DNA from: Selaginella moellendorffii
Taxonomy: Eukaryota; Plantae; Lycopodiophyta
Direction: 5' to 3'
Length of the DNA stretch: 64,000 nt
Assembly (NCBI RefSeq): GCF_000143415.4
Contig: NW_003314451.1
Location: 27,472-91,471, forward strand
The notes beneath the pieces are model-generated. The model was not told the DNA's origin, ran no database searches, and saw only the letters and a list, made by a program, of their open reading frames with translations. Position numbers and translations under genes: made by a program. Shown here piece by piece: positions 1 to 12,136 of the stretch (position 1 is its first letter; the number at the start of each line of letters is the position of its first letter).

Positions 1-383
1 CGATCTGGAGCAGGAGGCACAGCAACCCACCTGAAAATCCGATCGTCCGCGTGACCACCACCACCGCCTCCCGCTTTGTTGCGCTTGCCCGGATTCTTGG
101 AGCCGGCGCTCTCGCCGTGCAAGCACTGCGTGTGGACGAGGAATTTGCTGCGGAGCCACACGAGCAAGCGCCTCATGTGTGTCTTGCTCTTGATCCCTTC
201 CTTCTCGGCGTGCTCCCAGAGATCGCGCGATCCAATCGGGCCATGGGTGCGAACAATGCTGAGTACCTTCTGCGTCGGCAGATCCTTGGGGCTCTTCTTG
301 GCGTAGAGGAAGGGATTGGAGAGATCCACCTCGTGGAGCTTGTAAAGGCGCCGTGGGAAGCGACGAGCGAGCTCCACCGCCAT
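1..383 (-). CDS. Small basic protein, probable plant mitoribosomal mL80-like (winged-helix) protein; runs off window start
   Basis: Not in the ORF track because there is no stop inside the window. Manual translation from ATG at 383: MAVELARRFPRRLYKLHEVDLSNPFLYAKKSPKDLPTQKVLSIVRTHGPIGSRDLWEHAEKEGIKSKTHMRRLLVWLRSKFLVHTQCLH. The pattern IVxxHGP..W....G.xSKxHM+xxLxW recalls plant mL80 (from memory). Telo-boxes lie just upstream. Confidence 0.55.
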   Translation of the reverse strand, partial: MAVELARRFPRRLYKLHEVDLSNPFLYAKKSPKDLPTQKVLSIVRTHGPIGSRDLWEHAEKEGIKSKTHMRRLLVWLRSKFLVHTQCLHGESAGSKNPGKRNKAGGGGGGHADDRIFRWVAVPPAPD

Positions 384-392
384 GGCGCCCAA

Positions 393-413
393 AAACCCTA
401 GCCAAAACCCTAA
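393..413. promoter_or_regulatory. Two telo-box motifs (AAACCCTA)
   Basis: aaaccctagccaaaaccctaa directly upstream of the ATG at 383. Telo-boxes are typical of plant translation-machinery genes. Confidence 0.55.
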
Positions 414-620
414 TCCCAGGATCACATTGCTCTATCAAAATATCGATTGCTCGAGTAGGAACTAAAATCTGGAATGGCGCAAGAGAGAAATCACTGCTCC
501 ACCGCCATGGCACCCAAGAACCCTAATACTACGATCGCATTGTGCTCGAGAACGAAGAACACTAGAATTAAAGAGGGGAAAATTTTGGTATTCCAGGATC
601 TGGGGCAAGAGAAGAAAGAA

Positions 621-1034
621 TCACTCCTCCTCCACCGTCTTGGTCTCGAGCTTCCGGAATCCCTCGGCCGGGAGCTCCGCCACGGTGACGTAGCTGTAGA
701 GCTCCTCCTTGGCGTCCTCGTCGTCGTTGCGCTTGCGAGCAATCCGGACGCGAATCCTCCGCGGCACATTGCGGATGCCTCTACTCCAGACGTGCTTGTT
801 GAGCTTGACATCCACCCTCACATCCGAGGTTCCCATGGCCTTTTGCGCGAATTTCTTGATCTCCTTCACCGCCCGGGGAGCCATCTTCTTGAAGGTGCTG
901 CGGCAAAACAATCGATTCGATCGAATGGAGCGTGCGATTGAAGCTTACCAGCCATGGATCCGCTTGTGGAGATTGATGGTGTACTCCCTCGTCACGACCT
1001 CCTTCTTGCTGCGGCTGTTCTTCTTGTCGGCCAT
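621..1034 (-). CDS. RPL31: 60S ribosomal protein L31 (eL31), 2 exons (1034-949, 897-621)
   Basis: [28 protein letters not shown]|[69 protein letters not shown]. 51-nt GT-AG intron at 898-948. Telo-box near 1047. Confidence 0.97.
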
Positions 1035-2582
1035 CGCTCACCTCGTAAACCCTAGAGACTCCCGCCGTTGGATCTAGGGCAAACTCCACTTTTAGGGCGT
1101 GTTGGAAGCGGGAAATCTGAGCCGTTGGATCTGCGGCTGGATGTCGAGCTCGCCACATTAAAAGAGACGTTAAGCTACAAGGACTCGAGCCCGGGACCAC
1201 CTAACTAGGAGCAATCGTAGACGCTAAAATCAACGGACGGATTCCACTGACCACTTGCACCACTTGCGTGCCGCTGCGTATTCATTGCCCTCCTCGCATT
1301 AACTACATTCTAAGTTTTACGTGCGCCGTACGGAGGTTTGGGTCATGGCCATTAATGCCACATATGATTTGGACAATTTCTCGATGGACCTCCTAGTTTT
1401 ACCCACCAAATAAGCAGCCGCTTATGTCAATCAAATCACCATCGCCCTTCCCTATTTGTGTCATCCACGTCACCGTCGTGTTGACTGCGGGCCGCCATCT
1501 CGGCCGTCCAACGTGCGATCCGACAGTCTAGACGGTACCGTACTGTCGGCGGCATATTCTAGAATTCAAACTTTCAAATTTTCGTGGCGGGCGGGGTAAC
1601 GTGCATGGCATATTGACTTAATGCGCAATGTTTTTGTCCGTCAACTTAGAATATAAGCTCCCAAAATTTCACGTCGTGGGATCCAGGTTGTAAAATTTGT
1701 CCATTGCCATGAAATTGCCAAGAAAATATAAGAACAGAAACTCTCTAGAGGTCATCAATCGTCAGCCCTAATCGAAGAAACCTCATCGAAACCTCCAGAA
1801 GTGGTGCCCCAAGAAAATTTGGTATAGTCTTTCGCCTAAAGATATATTTGATTCCAAGCAAGTTTGAGACAGGAGATTAAAGTAAAGGAGACCTTTGCAA
1901 CGCTTTCGACGGCAAAGCTAGTGCCTGTACAGCGACAATGTACGTGTATATCTTCCTCTTTTGCGGCGGGGTGGGGGTTCGAATCCACGCCAGAAACCCG
2001 CGAACGAATTTCCCTTTCACGCATTTTTAAAGCCTTTTCTAAACGAACTTTACCGGAACATTTACCGCCACGCTGACAAACAACTGGGGAAAAGGTCCCT
2101 GCTCCTTTTATTTACCTTTCTACCACAACCACGGTAAAATCGCCCTGACTTGCCTGCCACCCTGCCTGGGCCGTCACGCACGTCACCATCATCGCGACCG
2201 TCACTCCGCTTTTGATAGACGGTTGCGATAACGACTCGCCCCGCCAGCCCTAAACGGTTGCCCGTTATAAACGACCGCCCGCCAAAAAACACGGGCGGGC
2301 CCCGCCGCCCAAAAGCTCTCCCCGACCAAAACCGTTGGCCGGGCAAAAGAGCTTTTGGCCAGGCGGGCACGCTCAATGCGAGGGATTTTCTCTCTTTATA
2401 AACCCGCCATGAAGAGCCCATTCTCCCCAAGCCAGGAAAGAGCTCACGATCAATCAAGCGTTCTTGGCGAGCGCGTCCCTCTCGCCTCCTTCGATCGATT
2501 TGGTATCTTTCTCTCCATTCTCGCATATAATCCTCTCTCGCCGCGGCTAATCTGTGTGAAATCTCTCGAAACATCGCAGGCC

Positions 2583-3817
2583 ATGGCTTCCAGGGCGCCT
2601 CTGCTGCTCGCGATCGTTTCTTGGATCGCATTTCTCCACCAGGCCGCGGCGACTGGCCACCACGGCGTGGCGCGCGGCCATCACCAGCATCGCGGAGGCG
2701 GCCATGGCGGCGGCGGTGGCGGATCGTCCGGAGGAGGCTACGAATCCGGCTCCTGGACCGGCGCGCATGCTACATTCTACGGCGGCAGCGATGCATCTGG
2801 AACCATGGGTGAGACATCGCGTTTCTTGCGAAATATTTCGCTCGATCTTGGTTTCTTGTTCTAACGGGAGCCCTCGTCTTGGATTCTCTCTACCAGGAGG
2901 AGCTTGCGGCTATGGCAATCTCTACAGCCAGGGCTACGGCACCAACACCGCGGCATTGAGCACCGCGCTCTTCCAGAGCGGCCTCTCCTGCGGCGCTTGC
3001 TTCGAGGTGAAATGCAATGGTGATCCCGAGTGGTGCCTCCCGGGCTCCTCTGTTCTCGTCACGGCCACGAATTTCTGCCCGCCCAACGATGCGCTCCCGA
3101 ACAACAATGGCGGATGGTGCAACACGCCGCTCCAGCATTTCGACATGGCGCAGCCAGCGTTCGAGCAGATCGCCAAGTACAGGGGAGGCATTGTGCCTGT
3201 TCTTTACAGAAGGTACAAGCACTACATTCCCATTTTCCATTTTTTTCTTTGCTCTTGGGTTGGGTTTTCTTTGTCCTAGTTCCATCTGGATCAGACTTTT
3301 GCTTGCTTTGCGTTGCGTTGCTTTGCTTCTATGTGCCAGTCCCATCTAGATCAAACTTTTGGTTGCTTTGCTTCTATGTAACTAGATGAAACTTTTGTTT
3401 GCTTTGCTTTGCTTCCCTGTTCATCGAGATGAGATCCTTTAGAGAAAGTCATAGCACCCACATTGCTCTGCTTTGCTTTGCTTTTATTTACGTCAGGCTT
3501 TTCTTCGTTTCAGGGTTCCATGCCAGAGGAAAGGCGGCATCCGATTCACCATGAATGGCCACAACTACTTCAACCTGGTGCTCGTCACCAACGTCGGCGG
3601 CGCCGGGGACGTCCACTCGGTTTCGATCAAGGGCTCCAACACCGACTGGCTGCCAATGTCGCGCAACTGGGGCCAAAACTGGCAGAGCAACGCCATCCTC
3701 AGCGGCCAGTCGCTCTCCTTCAAGGTCACCACCAGCGACGGCCGGACGGTGGTGTCGTACGACGCTGCCCCGCCCAATTGGCAGTACGGGCAGACTTACA
3801 GCGGCGACCAGTTCTGA
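2583..3817 (+). CDS. EXPA: Alpha-expansin, 3 exons (2583-2808, 2897-3212, 3514-3817)
   Basis: Signal peptide, [16 protein letters not shown]|[25 protein letters not shown] motif and [10 protein letters not shown], with canonical expansin intron positions. Confidence 0.97.
3280..3490 (+). repeat. Degenerate tandem repeats in expansin intron 2
   Basis: Recurring atctagatcaaactttt...ttgctttgc(tt) units. Confidence 0.5.
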
Positions 3818-4905
3818 GCTTTCTGATCCATCGACTCGACGCCGCTGGCTTTGGATTCCCTGGGTGGTTTTTTTTTTTTTTTCCCCCCTCCTTTCCTCGT
3901 TCTTCGCTCTTTTCTCTTTCGGTGGATTTTGGATTTTGGTGGTGGCAGCAGCGCAGCAGCAGATTTGAGAGCTGGGATGTGGGATCTCACAAACAGCCCG
4001 TGTCTGCGGCAGCAATTACGCCACCCCGTCCGATCTTGGATGCTGCGGTTTAGTTTTTTAAGGCAAAGTAGCCACCCGCATTCGAGGCATTCCTTGGTTC
4101 TCTTCCACAAGATTTTGTTTTCTCTTTTTTACACCCTTTTCTTCGGCCAGCTCCTCTGGTTACTTGATTTTGTTCTTGATTCTTGGTGGCTGCCGAGGTG
4201 GTGGTGGAACACGACTACCCGCACCCACGAGAACAAAATATACTGGTTTTCTAGTACGTATCGCAGCCAAGGGAACGTGATCTCCTTCCTGTCAAAAGGA
4301 TCACAGGACTTTTGGCGTTTGTTTTTGTTTCACAAAGCTTGATATGAATATAACTTACTAGGTTATAGTTATGGGAACTGACCAAACTGGAAACTTGATA
4401 GTACCAAATCTAAACAACTTTATAGCCTTGTCACATGCCACGAGAACTTTACACCCAACGCAACATGACGAGTGAGATTTCTTCCATTCTTTTGGCCTTG
4501 GTTGTTCTTGTTGTTTGTGGAGTTGCAAAAGAATAGAAGACCACCACATCCACCACCATAGCTAGACCAACTTTTTACAATGGGCCCCAAACAGATGAGA
4601 TGGGCCATGGGCCCCAACCCAAACTCTCTTCCGTACCAGCCACCATGTGGCGTGAGAAAAAGAAAGGCGAGATTGTGATTTAGTCACATGCGGCATGCCG
4701 TCATACATGTGCCATGTGCATTGCCTTTAAAGCTTTAGGTCTGTCTGTCGCGCCGCGCTCATCGTTGTCCTCCCCTTCCACACGCCCTTGACCAACAGCT
4801 TTCCTAAAACAACCATGACCGTTGACCATTTTTCGCGCTTCCAGATATTAACCCAAAGCCCTAAATACTGACCATTGACCACCTGGACCAAATCTTTGTC
4901 ACTCG

Positions 4906-5371
4906 CTAAAACAGTTTCCACATCACGGGCCTCGGCTCATACGGCATGCTTTCGATCAGCTCCTTGGCCTGTTTCGCGAATCCTTTCCGCGCGAGGATGT
5001 CGATCACGCACTCGTAGTGCTCCGGGGTGTGTTCTATCCATCTGTCCGCAGCCATGGATCGGAAGTACTCCCGGCATCCCTTGACGAGCGAACGTCGAGC
5101 GTCCGGGATCATCCCGTTCCAATCCATCCTCCGGAGAAGCTCCAGGACTTGCCTGAGATGCCCGGCTCTTGCGTACGGTTCCAGGAGCGAGTTCCAGGAG
5201 GTCGTGAGCTAGGAAAACCTCCGCTGCTTTGGCCAGAACTCCACACTTCTCATACATGGCTACCAGCGCCGTCTTGATCACCGCGTCTTTCTCCACAAAC
5301 TGCTCGTGGAGTTTTCTGCTTTGCGAGAAACTCCCATGGCTGCGCAGGCATTGATCGCAGGCCACGCGCAT
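4906..5371 (-). pseudogene. PLS-PPR gene remnant
   Basis: ALVAMYEKCG..A.EVF in one frame and EHYECVIDILARKG...AKELIESMPYEP..VMW in another, so deleted and frameshifted. Confidence 0.8.
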
Positions 5372-5519
5372 TGATCGCAGGCGCGGGCCGAGCTCCTCTG
5401 CTTTTAGGGCTCTTGTATGATTCCAGCCGTATATCCATTTAGGGTTTTTAGATTTAGTTTTTAAAAAAAGTAATTTATATTAAATCTAATTCTTACCTTT
5501 AACAAACACTCTTAAGTTT

Positions 5520-6015
5520 TTCAATCATGGAGAGCTGCTTCGATCACTTCGTTCAGATTATCAGATTCTTGAGTCTGGAAAAAAGCCCTAGCCACAGCGA
5601 CCAGGCCCAAGAGTGACCATAGCGAGAGCGCAGACCGGGTCATCCGCTGGAAGTGGACCACCTCGAGGAAAGATAAACAAGTCCCCGGGATATCAAACCT
5701 TCTCGAACAGCCTGTTGGCAGTCGTCACAAACCCAGCGTCGATGCGTTCCTGGAGACAATAGATGACCTCGGATGATCGGGGATGGACGTGGGGAGGATT
5801 CTTGCGTGTTGAGGCCTGGGAACCTTATGATGTCGACCAGCTGGACCCTGATGTGAGAGTGTTGGTGGTTTTTGCAGGCTCCCGGGATGATGGTGGAGGT
5901 GAAATCGTCGGCGGTCACCCTTGCAAGGAACTGCGTTGATGAAGATTCTGGAGTTGGGATCCTGGACGCAGGGCTCTCCACTACAACGTTGGCAATTGCC
6001 AAAACTGCAATAAGA
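5520..6015 (-). pseudogene. Germin-like protein pseudogene (paralog of 11471-12136)
   Basis: VTADDFTSTI and FPGLNTQ blocks with multiple deletions relative to the intact copy. Confidence 0.85.
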
Positions 6016-6652
6016 GGACTTTACAATCGAACACTTGATTCCACAGCTTCAAAGAAGCAGCGCTGTCCGTAGACACAGAAAATTCCTTTGAGCTTTCGTA
6101 TACTGATTAGCACAGTAGTTACAGATCTTAACATAGACAGCGCCAGCTTAACATAGAGAGTAGGGTTGAGTTGTTTAAAAACGTCCATCAATGCAAAAAT
6201 GCAATCTGGATGATGCTTGCCTTTAATGCCTAATGTGTTTGTTATTGCCTATGAGATTGTGCATGTGTTGTGTTACACAGATTTTGTTGTCCATTCTTAT
6301 TAGCTACTGGATCAATTAACTGAAGTCGGGAGCTGGAGCGATGGTTTCAATCCCCCTCCACAGCAGCAGCTCCTCTTTCGTCTCGATCCTCTTGGAAATT
6401 TAAGGCTTTACCGCTGGATCCCATCTAATGGCCCCTCTTCGCTGGCTGATCTTCTCCCAAGCAGCATCCATTCCTCTCGTGACCCTCCTTGGCCCAACTG
6501 TCTTGGGAGAGTCTGTGAGGAATTCATATAACAAAATAAGACATTCCTCAATTTTCAAAACTACCACAGAGGCTTTACTAAAATTTCTCTACTAGAATGC
6601 TCCATCCAAAGAAGCAGCACAAAAATCTTGGAGAGGCCTGAAAAAGTGTAGT

Positions 6653-6710
6653 TCAATCTGCCGGAATTGGACCGGCGACCTAAGGATTCCTGAGCACCTT
6701 TGAACTAAGA
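6653..6710 (-). pseudogene. Decayed tRNA-Tyr (mainly 3' half)
   Basis: aatctgccggaattggaccggcgacctaaggat matches the reverse complement of plant tRNA-Tyr ATCCTTAGGTCGCTGGTTCGAATCCGGCAGGTCGGA. Confidence 0.65.
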
Positions 6711-6762
6711 GCTTTATTGAGATTTTTTGCAAGCATTTTGTAGTTGAACCTTTTGTCCAGAA

Positions 6763-7422
6763 TCAAGTCCGACTCACTCCACGTCGTAACTCATCAATCT
6801 CATTTTCGTCAACCTGCAAAGTTGCCTCCAAAACTTCGTTCATGATGTCTGGAGTGGTCTGGAACAACGCTCTAGCCATGTCTGTTCTTCCCGGGTTTTG
6901 ACTTCCAAGCGCAGCCACCGCAACCGAGTCCGACTTATCCAGGTTTCGCTGGAAGTGAACTAGTCCCCTGGGAAAGATGAACAGATCACCGGGATGCAAA
7001 ACCTTTGCGAACAACTGGTTGGAAGTTGACACAAATCCAACATAGAGGCGTCCTTGGAGGAGCCAGATGACCTCGGACGCTCGGGGATGGTTGTGCGGAG
7101 GATTCACGCCAAATGGACCGAATGCAAGGCGAGCAATGGAGAGTCCCTGCGTGTTGAGGCCTGGAAACATTGTGATATCGATCAAGTCGACTTGGATTCG
7201 CAGTGTGTTGTTTGTGACTGGAGCCTGACGAAGGATTGTGGAGGTGAAGTCATCGGCAGTGACTGTGGTGGGATCTTTGCAAGGAACTCCGTTGATGAAC
7301 ACTTTGGAGTTTGGATCTTCGACGCAGAAATCCTGGAGAGGATCCTCATCGCCCAAAACTCCAATAATAGTTAAGCACAGAAAGAATGACACCGTGACAA
7401 TTTTGATGAGAGCCATTGGCAT
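6763..7422 (-). CDS. Germin-like protein (cupin), intronless, secreted
   Basis: Signal peptide, DPLQDFCV...CK, germin boxes GVNPPHNHPRASE and FPRGLVHFQ, SQNPG. Confidence 0.95.
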   Translation of the reverse strand: MPMALIKIVTVSFFLCLTIIGVLGDEDPLQDFCVEDPNSKVFINGVPCKDPTTVTADDFTSTILRQAPVTNNTLRIQVDLIDITMFPGLNTQGLSIARLAFGPFGVNPPHNHPRASEVIWLLQGRLYVGFVSTSNQLFAKVLHPGDLFIFPRGLVHFQRNLDKSDSVAVAALGSQNPGRTDMARALFQTTPDIMNEVLEATLQVDENEIDELRRGVSRT

Positions 7423-8639
7423 AGAACACTTGAAATTGTGACAACTCAAGACGAAACTACTTGGTATGAATCTGTGGCCTCTGCTCGCTGGTATTTATTG
7501 GCAGAAATGGCATCGAGAGCTATAATTTTTAATTGTTTCTCATGGTCACGTATACATTCATAGACCCATGCAGAGACAACGATATGTCATGTCACCCGTT
7601 GGCGTGAAGTAGTGGATCTTGAGTGAAAGATCTCAAAAGAAGAGGAGCCGTGAAAGGCAGCATGGAAAATTCGGAGATTTATAAATCAGACTTTTTAAAA
7701 CATTTCTAGAACTGAAATCTCAACAATAAAGGAAGGCTCTATCAACAGCAAATCTCCACGCTAAACAGTGCACACTTTGAAAAAGTTGACAGAGATCCAG
7801 CCACGGAAAAACTCCGCTTGGATGAATTAACTTAGCACAGCAATGACTCAATTCACTTCCATTCAAGGTGATCCCAAGGGCTGTGGATTAAAAGGCTCAA
7901 GCCTTGAATTATTTTTGTACTTAGAAGTGTGTTGTGTTAATTGTTAACGCCTCAGATCTTCTCAAAATGTGTGCATGCAAGTGTTACAAAGATTGTTTTG
8001 TCTAAGCTACTGGATCAATTAGCTTTCATCCTTATAAGGTGGGGCCAGACTTGGGCCACCTCTTGGATTTCAAGGCTCTCGTCACTGGCTGATCTTCTAA
8101 GCATAAAAAGTCCTCCACATTCCCTGCTTGGCCCACAGCACGATTGTGAGGAGTTTTAGTCAGAATTCCTATCAAATTATATTATTATATTTGTCACCAA
8201 CACATTCCTTATTCTTTTATTTAAGTATCTTCGCACTAGAAACACAAAGAGACACTCTTATTGCCAATGAACATAAGAGAAAAGCTTACTATCCTAGATC
8301 TGGCTTGCTGTTTGCTCTTTGAATTTTATAAGCTTTTATGGGTCAGAGACAAGGCTCTTCTCCTTGAGGTCCTATGCTTCTAGCTGATTTATCATTGTAA
8401 AACTAATATTTAATCTGCCGGAATCGAACCGGGTTGCGTGTTATCACACATTTTGGAGTGGTTTGCTATTTTAAGGCCCTTGAACAAAACCTTCTCAAAC
8501 AACTTTTTGGAAATTAACAATGATTTGTATATGTGACCATGTAAAAAAAAATTGGCTCCTCGGAGCACTGCGAATAAATACCGTCGAGCAGAGGCCACAG
8601 ATCCATACCAAGTATTTCGTCTTGAGTTTTCGCAATTTC

Positions 8640-8850
8640 ATATACCAACGGCACACTCTTTTTTGTGCATCTTCTCCAGAATTTCTTCATTGAGGATCCA
8701 AACTCCAACGTTTTCATCAATGGTGTGCCCTGCAAAGATCCCGACACAGACTTCACCTCCACCATCCTTCAACACACTGAGAATCCAAGTCGACTTGATC
8801 GATATTAGAATGTTTCCAGGCCTCAACACACTCCATTGCTTGCCATGCAT
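8640..8850 (+). pseudogene. Inverted GLP 5' fragment
   Basis: DPNSNVFINGVPCKDP and IQVDLIDIRMFPGLNT in different frames, on the opposite strand to the other GLPs. Confidence 0.8.
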
Positions 8851-9408
8851 TCGAGTTTTTTCAACATTTCTAGAACCGAAATTTCAACGATATAGGAAGG
8901 AATATTGGCCTCTATCAACCACAAATCTCCACGGTAAACAGTGGACACTTTGACAAAGTTGATAAAAATCCAGGCAAGGAAGAACTCCAGCTTGGAAGAA
9001 TAAACTCCAACACAACAATGACCCAAAACAATGTAAACAAAGGTGAACTCGCTGTGCAGAACAAAGACCTGGATTCAAAGGCGTCAAGGAAGCAACGCTA
9101 TAGACGTGCTAGACATATCCTGATGAATATCATTTTGCATGTAGTGTAGCAATCGCTGTTTAACTTTATGCTCACATGGGCATGTTCCCTCCCTTATTTT
9201 ACACCTTAGCCTCTCTGTCATCTTGGTCCTCTTGAAATTTCAAGGCTTTCTGCAGAGGCCGCCCTCCCAGGCAGCACCGAAACTCTTAGAGTCAAAAACA
9301 AATTTCACTGTAGTGTTGAGATTTCTTTCTATGGATAACTTTAAGTCTTGGTTTAGATCGGACTTCTATTACAGGATGTAAATTCCATTGTCCAATTTCT
9401 AACACTTT

Positions 9409-9432
9409 CTCTGCCAACTGAGCTAAGATCGG
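9409..9432 (-). pseudogene. tRNA-Tyr 5' remnant
   Basis: Reverse complement CCGATCTTAGCTCAGTTGGCAGAG is a tRNA-Tyr acceptor/D-arm with A-box. Confidence 0.6.
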
Positions 9433-9485
9433 TTTTGATTATTTATTGAAACTTTTGCATTTTATTAGTTGGACTTTTTGTCAGT

Positions 9486-10041
9486 AAAGTCCGGCCAATC
9501 CACACGAGAACTTCGTTCGTGATATTTGGAGTTTGTTTGGAACAACGCTCTAGCCACGTCTGTGCTTCCCGGTTTTTGGATTCCAATCGCAGCCAAACCG
9601 TGTCGACTTATCCAGGTTTCGCTGGAAGTGAACGAGAACTCTGGGAAAGATTCAAAACCTTTGCAAACAGCTGGTTGGAAGTTGACACAAATCCGACGCA
9701 GAGGCGGAGCCAGATGACCTCGAACGCTCGGGGATGGCTGTGTGGAGGATTCACGCTGAATGGACTGAATGCGAGGCGAGCAATGGAGAGTCCTTCTGGA
9801 AACATTCTAATATCAATCAAGTTGACTTGGCTTCTCAGTGTTGTTTGTGACTGGAGCCTGGGGAAGGATGGTGGAGGTGAAGTCGTGAGCAGTATCTCTT
9901 GTGGGGGCTTCGTTGATGAAGACTTTGGAGTTTGGATCCTTGACAAAAAAGTCCTGGAGAGGATCCGGATCACCCAAAACTCCAACGATGGCCACCATGC
10001 ATGAGAGAAGGAATCCAAAAAGCATTTCTTGCTAGTGCCAT
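9486..10041 (-). pseudogene. GLP pseudogene (paralog of 12897-13553)
   Basis: Same leader and upstream sequence as the 12897 copy, with frameshifts and deletions. Confidence 0.88.
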
Positions 10042-11062
10042 TTGTGCTCTCGCTCACTCTCTTACCTCCTCTAGTTTAATCTCTCTCGCTCCTTCTCTCT
10101 ATGATCTCTCTCTCGCTCTCTTTAAAACAACGCAGTGGCCGCGAGCTTAAATGAAGGAATATGTAAGTAGGTGGATCGAGACTTTACCTTGGCATTGATT
10201 TTCCTGGCATGCTCGCGCTGAGCTGCAGCTCTTTTGATAATCGTGTCCAATTTTCCACCGAGGATAAATTTTACGTTGTTACAACTGTAAAGATTGTGCG
10301 GTCCCTATGACCAGGAAGGCGATGCTGGTTGATTCACTGCGCCGCGAGCTCGCAAAGCTAGCGGCTTTTATGCCAGAGAGTGTGTCACGGGTGAGGTGGC
10401 ACCCGTACTGCTGGACGCATCTTGTCAGAATCTCACACTACTTGATGAGACGAGGGCGAGGATAGTTTCCAGCACAGACCTTGAGCCGCAACTGCTCCAG
10501 GAAGTAGGGCTTGAGGACTCTATTCACCTAAACTTCAACCTTGGAGAGTTGAACTTAAATCTGTGACCGAGCACAGTTGACGAAGTGTTGAGGGGTTTTT
10601 GTTCTCCTATGTTATCGAGAATTTGCAAGGACTCGTAAGACACGAACTCCTTTTACCAGTCAGGTCTTTTGGGATGGACGGCTCAGCGTTTGCTGCGAGA
10701 GAAGAACAAGAGAGAAGAAGAAGAAGAAGAAAAACTTGCGTAGAAAAGGATAATTGTTACTACTAGATCGCCATTGTCAAGACCATCTGCATGTAGCCCA
10801 GCCACACTCCCACCTGGTGTTGCTAGTGATGCTCCCAAGATTGATACAAGCACTTGCCTCCTCCCACATCTGCACTGCTATTTGCCAGATCTTCTGAAGA
10901 CCCACTATGAGGAGCTATATCTTGCAGCTCCCAGCACGCAAACCCGTGGTCTCGTCAAGTGCCGGGAACCTCGCCATGGCCCTGAGCTCAACCCAAGGAT
11001 CTACTTTTCATTATGTGGCGGCTCCGCAAAGCCCCTCCAAAGAAGCGCACAGGTGGACGATT

Positions 11063-11151
11063 GCTGACCATGCGGCAATCGAACCAGCGACCCAAGGATT
11101 TCTCAGAGCTACTACAGTCCTCCACTCTGCCAACTGACTCGCTAAGATTGG
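11063..11151 (-). pseudogene. Intron-containing tRNA-Tyr(GUA) pseudogene, near full length
   Basis: Reverse complement CCAATCTTAGCGAGTCAGTTGGCAGAGTGGAGGACTGTAG-[~12 nt intron]-ATCCTTGGGTCGCTGGTTCGATTGCCGCATGGTCAGCA. Anticodon GTA and T-loop are present; D and acceptor stems are damaged. Confidence 0.8.
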
Positions 11152-11154
11152 TCT

Positions 11155-11350
11155 TCCTTGTTTACCACGTTCCACGAGACGATTCCAGCATTGGCCGCAA
11201 TTCCTCGATGCATCCAGCACTTTTCTATCACCAAATCCCGGAGGCGCTCTTGGCGGAATCCAACGCCCGTGAAACATCGCTCGCGTGCTTGGATCGCGAG
11301 ATCATCTCCACCTGGTTGCGTGAGACGCTCTTGCGGATGTGATCCACGCG
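11155..11350 (-). pseudogene. Short PPR remnant
   Basis: IVSWNVV on the minus strand. Same position relative to the GLP as the PPR relic at 4906-5371, with shared spacer sequence. Confidence 0.45.
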
Positions 11351-11470
11351 AGCCCTTTGTTAAATTTAAAATGATTCCAGTATGTCCTTTTAGGGCTTTT
11401 TAGAAAACTTAATTTATATTAAACTCATTATCTCAAGAACATTCTTTCTTACCTTTATCAAAAACTCTTC

Positions 11471-12136
11471 TCAGGTCTGGCTCACTCCAGCGCGAAGCTT
11501 TTCGATCACTTCCTCGTCAACTTGGAGAGCTGCTTCGATCACTTCGTTCAGATTATCAGATTCTTGAGTCTGGAAAAGAGCCCTAGCCACATCCGTGCGA
11601 CCAGGGTTTTGACTCCCAAGAGTGGCAATAGCGAGAGCGCTGACCGGGTCAAGGTTCCGCTGGAAGTGGACCAGCCCTCGAGGAAAGATAAACAAGTCCC
11701 CGGGATACAAAACCTTCTCGAACAGCCTGTTGGCTGTCGTTACAAACCCAGCGTAGATGCGTCCCTGGAGACAATAGATGACCTCGGATGATCGCGGATG
11801 GACGTGGGGAGGATTCACTCCGAATGGACCGAATGAGAGGCGAGCGATGGAGAGTCCTTGCGTGTTGAGGCCTGGGAACATCGTGATGTCGATCAGCTGG
11901 ACCCTGATGTTGAGAGTGTTGGTGGTGTTTGCAGGCTCGCGGAGGATGGTTGAGGTGAAATCGTCGGCAGTGACGGTGGTGGGATCCTTGCAAGGAACTC
12001 CGTTGATAAAGACTTTGGAGTTGGGATCCTGGACGCAGACGTCTTGGAGGGGATCTTCATCACCCCGCACGACTGCAAGGCTGGCAATTGTGAAAACTGC
12101 AAGAAGAGCAACAAAAACTTGGGGAAACTTGGCCAT
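11471..12136 (-). CDS. Germin-like protein, intronless
   Basis: Signal peptide, DPLQDVCV, GVNPPHVHPRSSE, FPRGLVHFQ. Confidence 0.95.
   Translation of the reverse strand: MAKFPQVFVALLAVFTIASLAVVRGDEDPLQDVCVQDPNSKVFINGVPCKDPTTVTADDFTSTILREPANTTNTLNIRVQLIDITMFPGLNTQGLSIARLSFGPFGVNPPHVHPRSSEVIYCLQGRIYAGFVTTANRLFEKVLYPGDLFIFPRGLVHFQRNLDPVSALAIATLGSQNPGRTDVARALFQTQESDNLNEVIEAALQVDEEVIEKLRAGVSQT

Noticed and set aside
51-1200. Plus-strand ORFs of 76-155 aa
   Set aside because: Antisense shadows of RPL31 and the mL80-like gene.
2062-2631. 189-aa Arg-rich minus-strand ORF
   Set aside because: Overlaps the GC-rich expansin promoter and 5' UTR; no recognisable motif.
11063-11151. Functional tRNA-Tyr or tRNA-derived SINE family
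   Set aside because: The stems are disrupted. The copies retain the intron and lack tails or TSDs, and most share GLP flanks, which points to segmental duplication.
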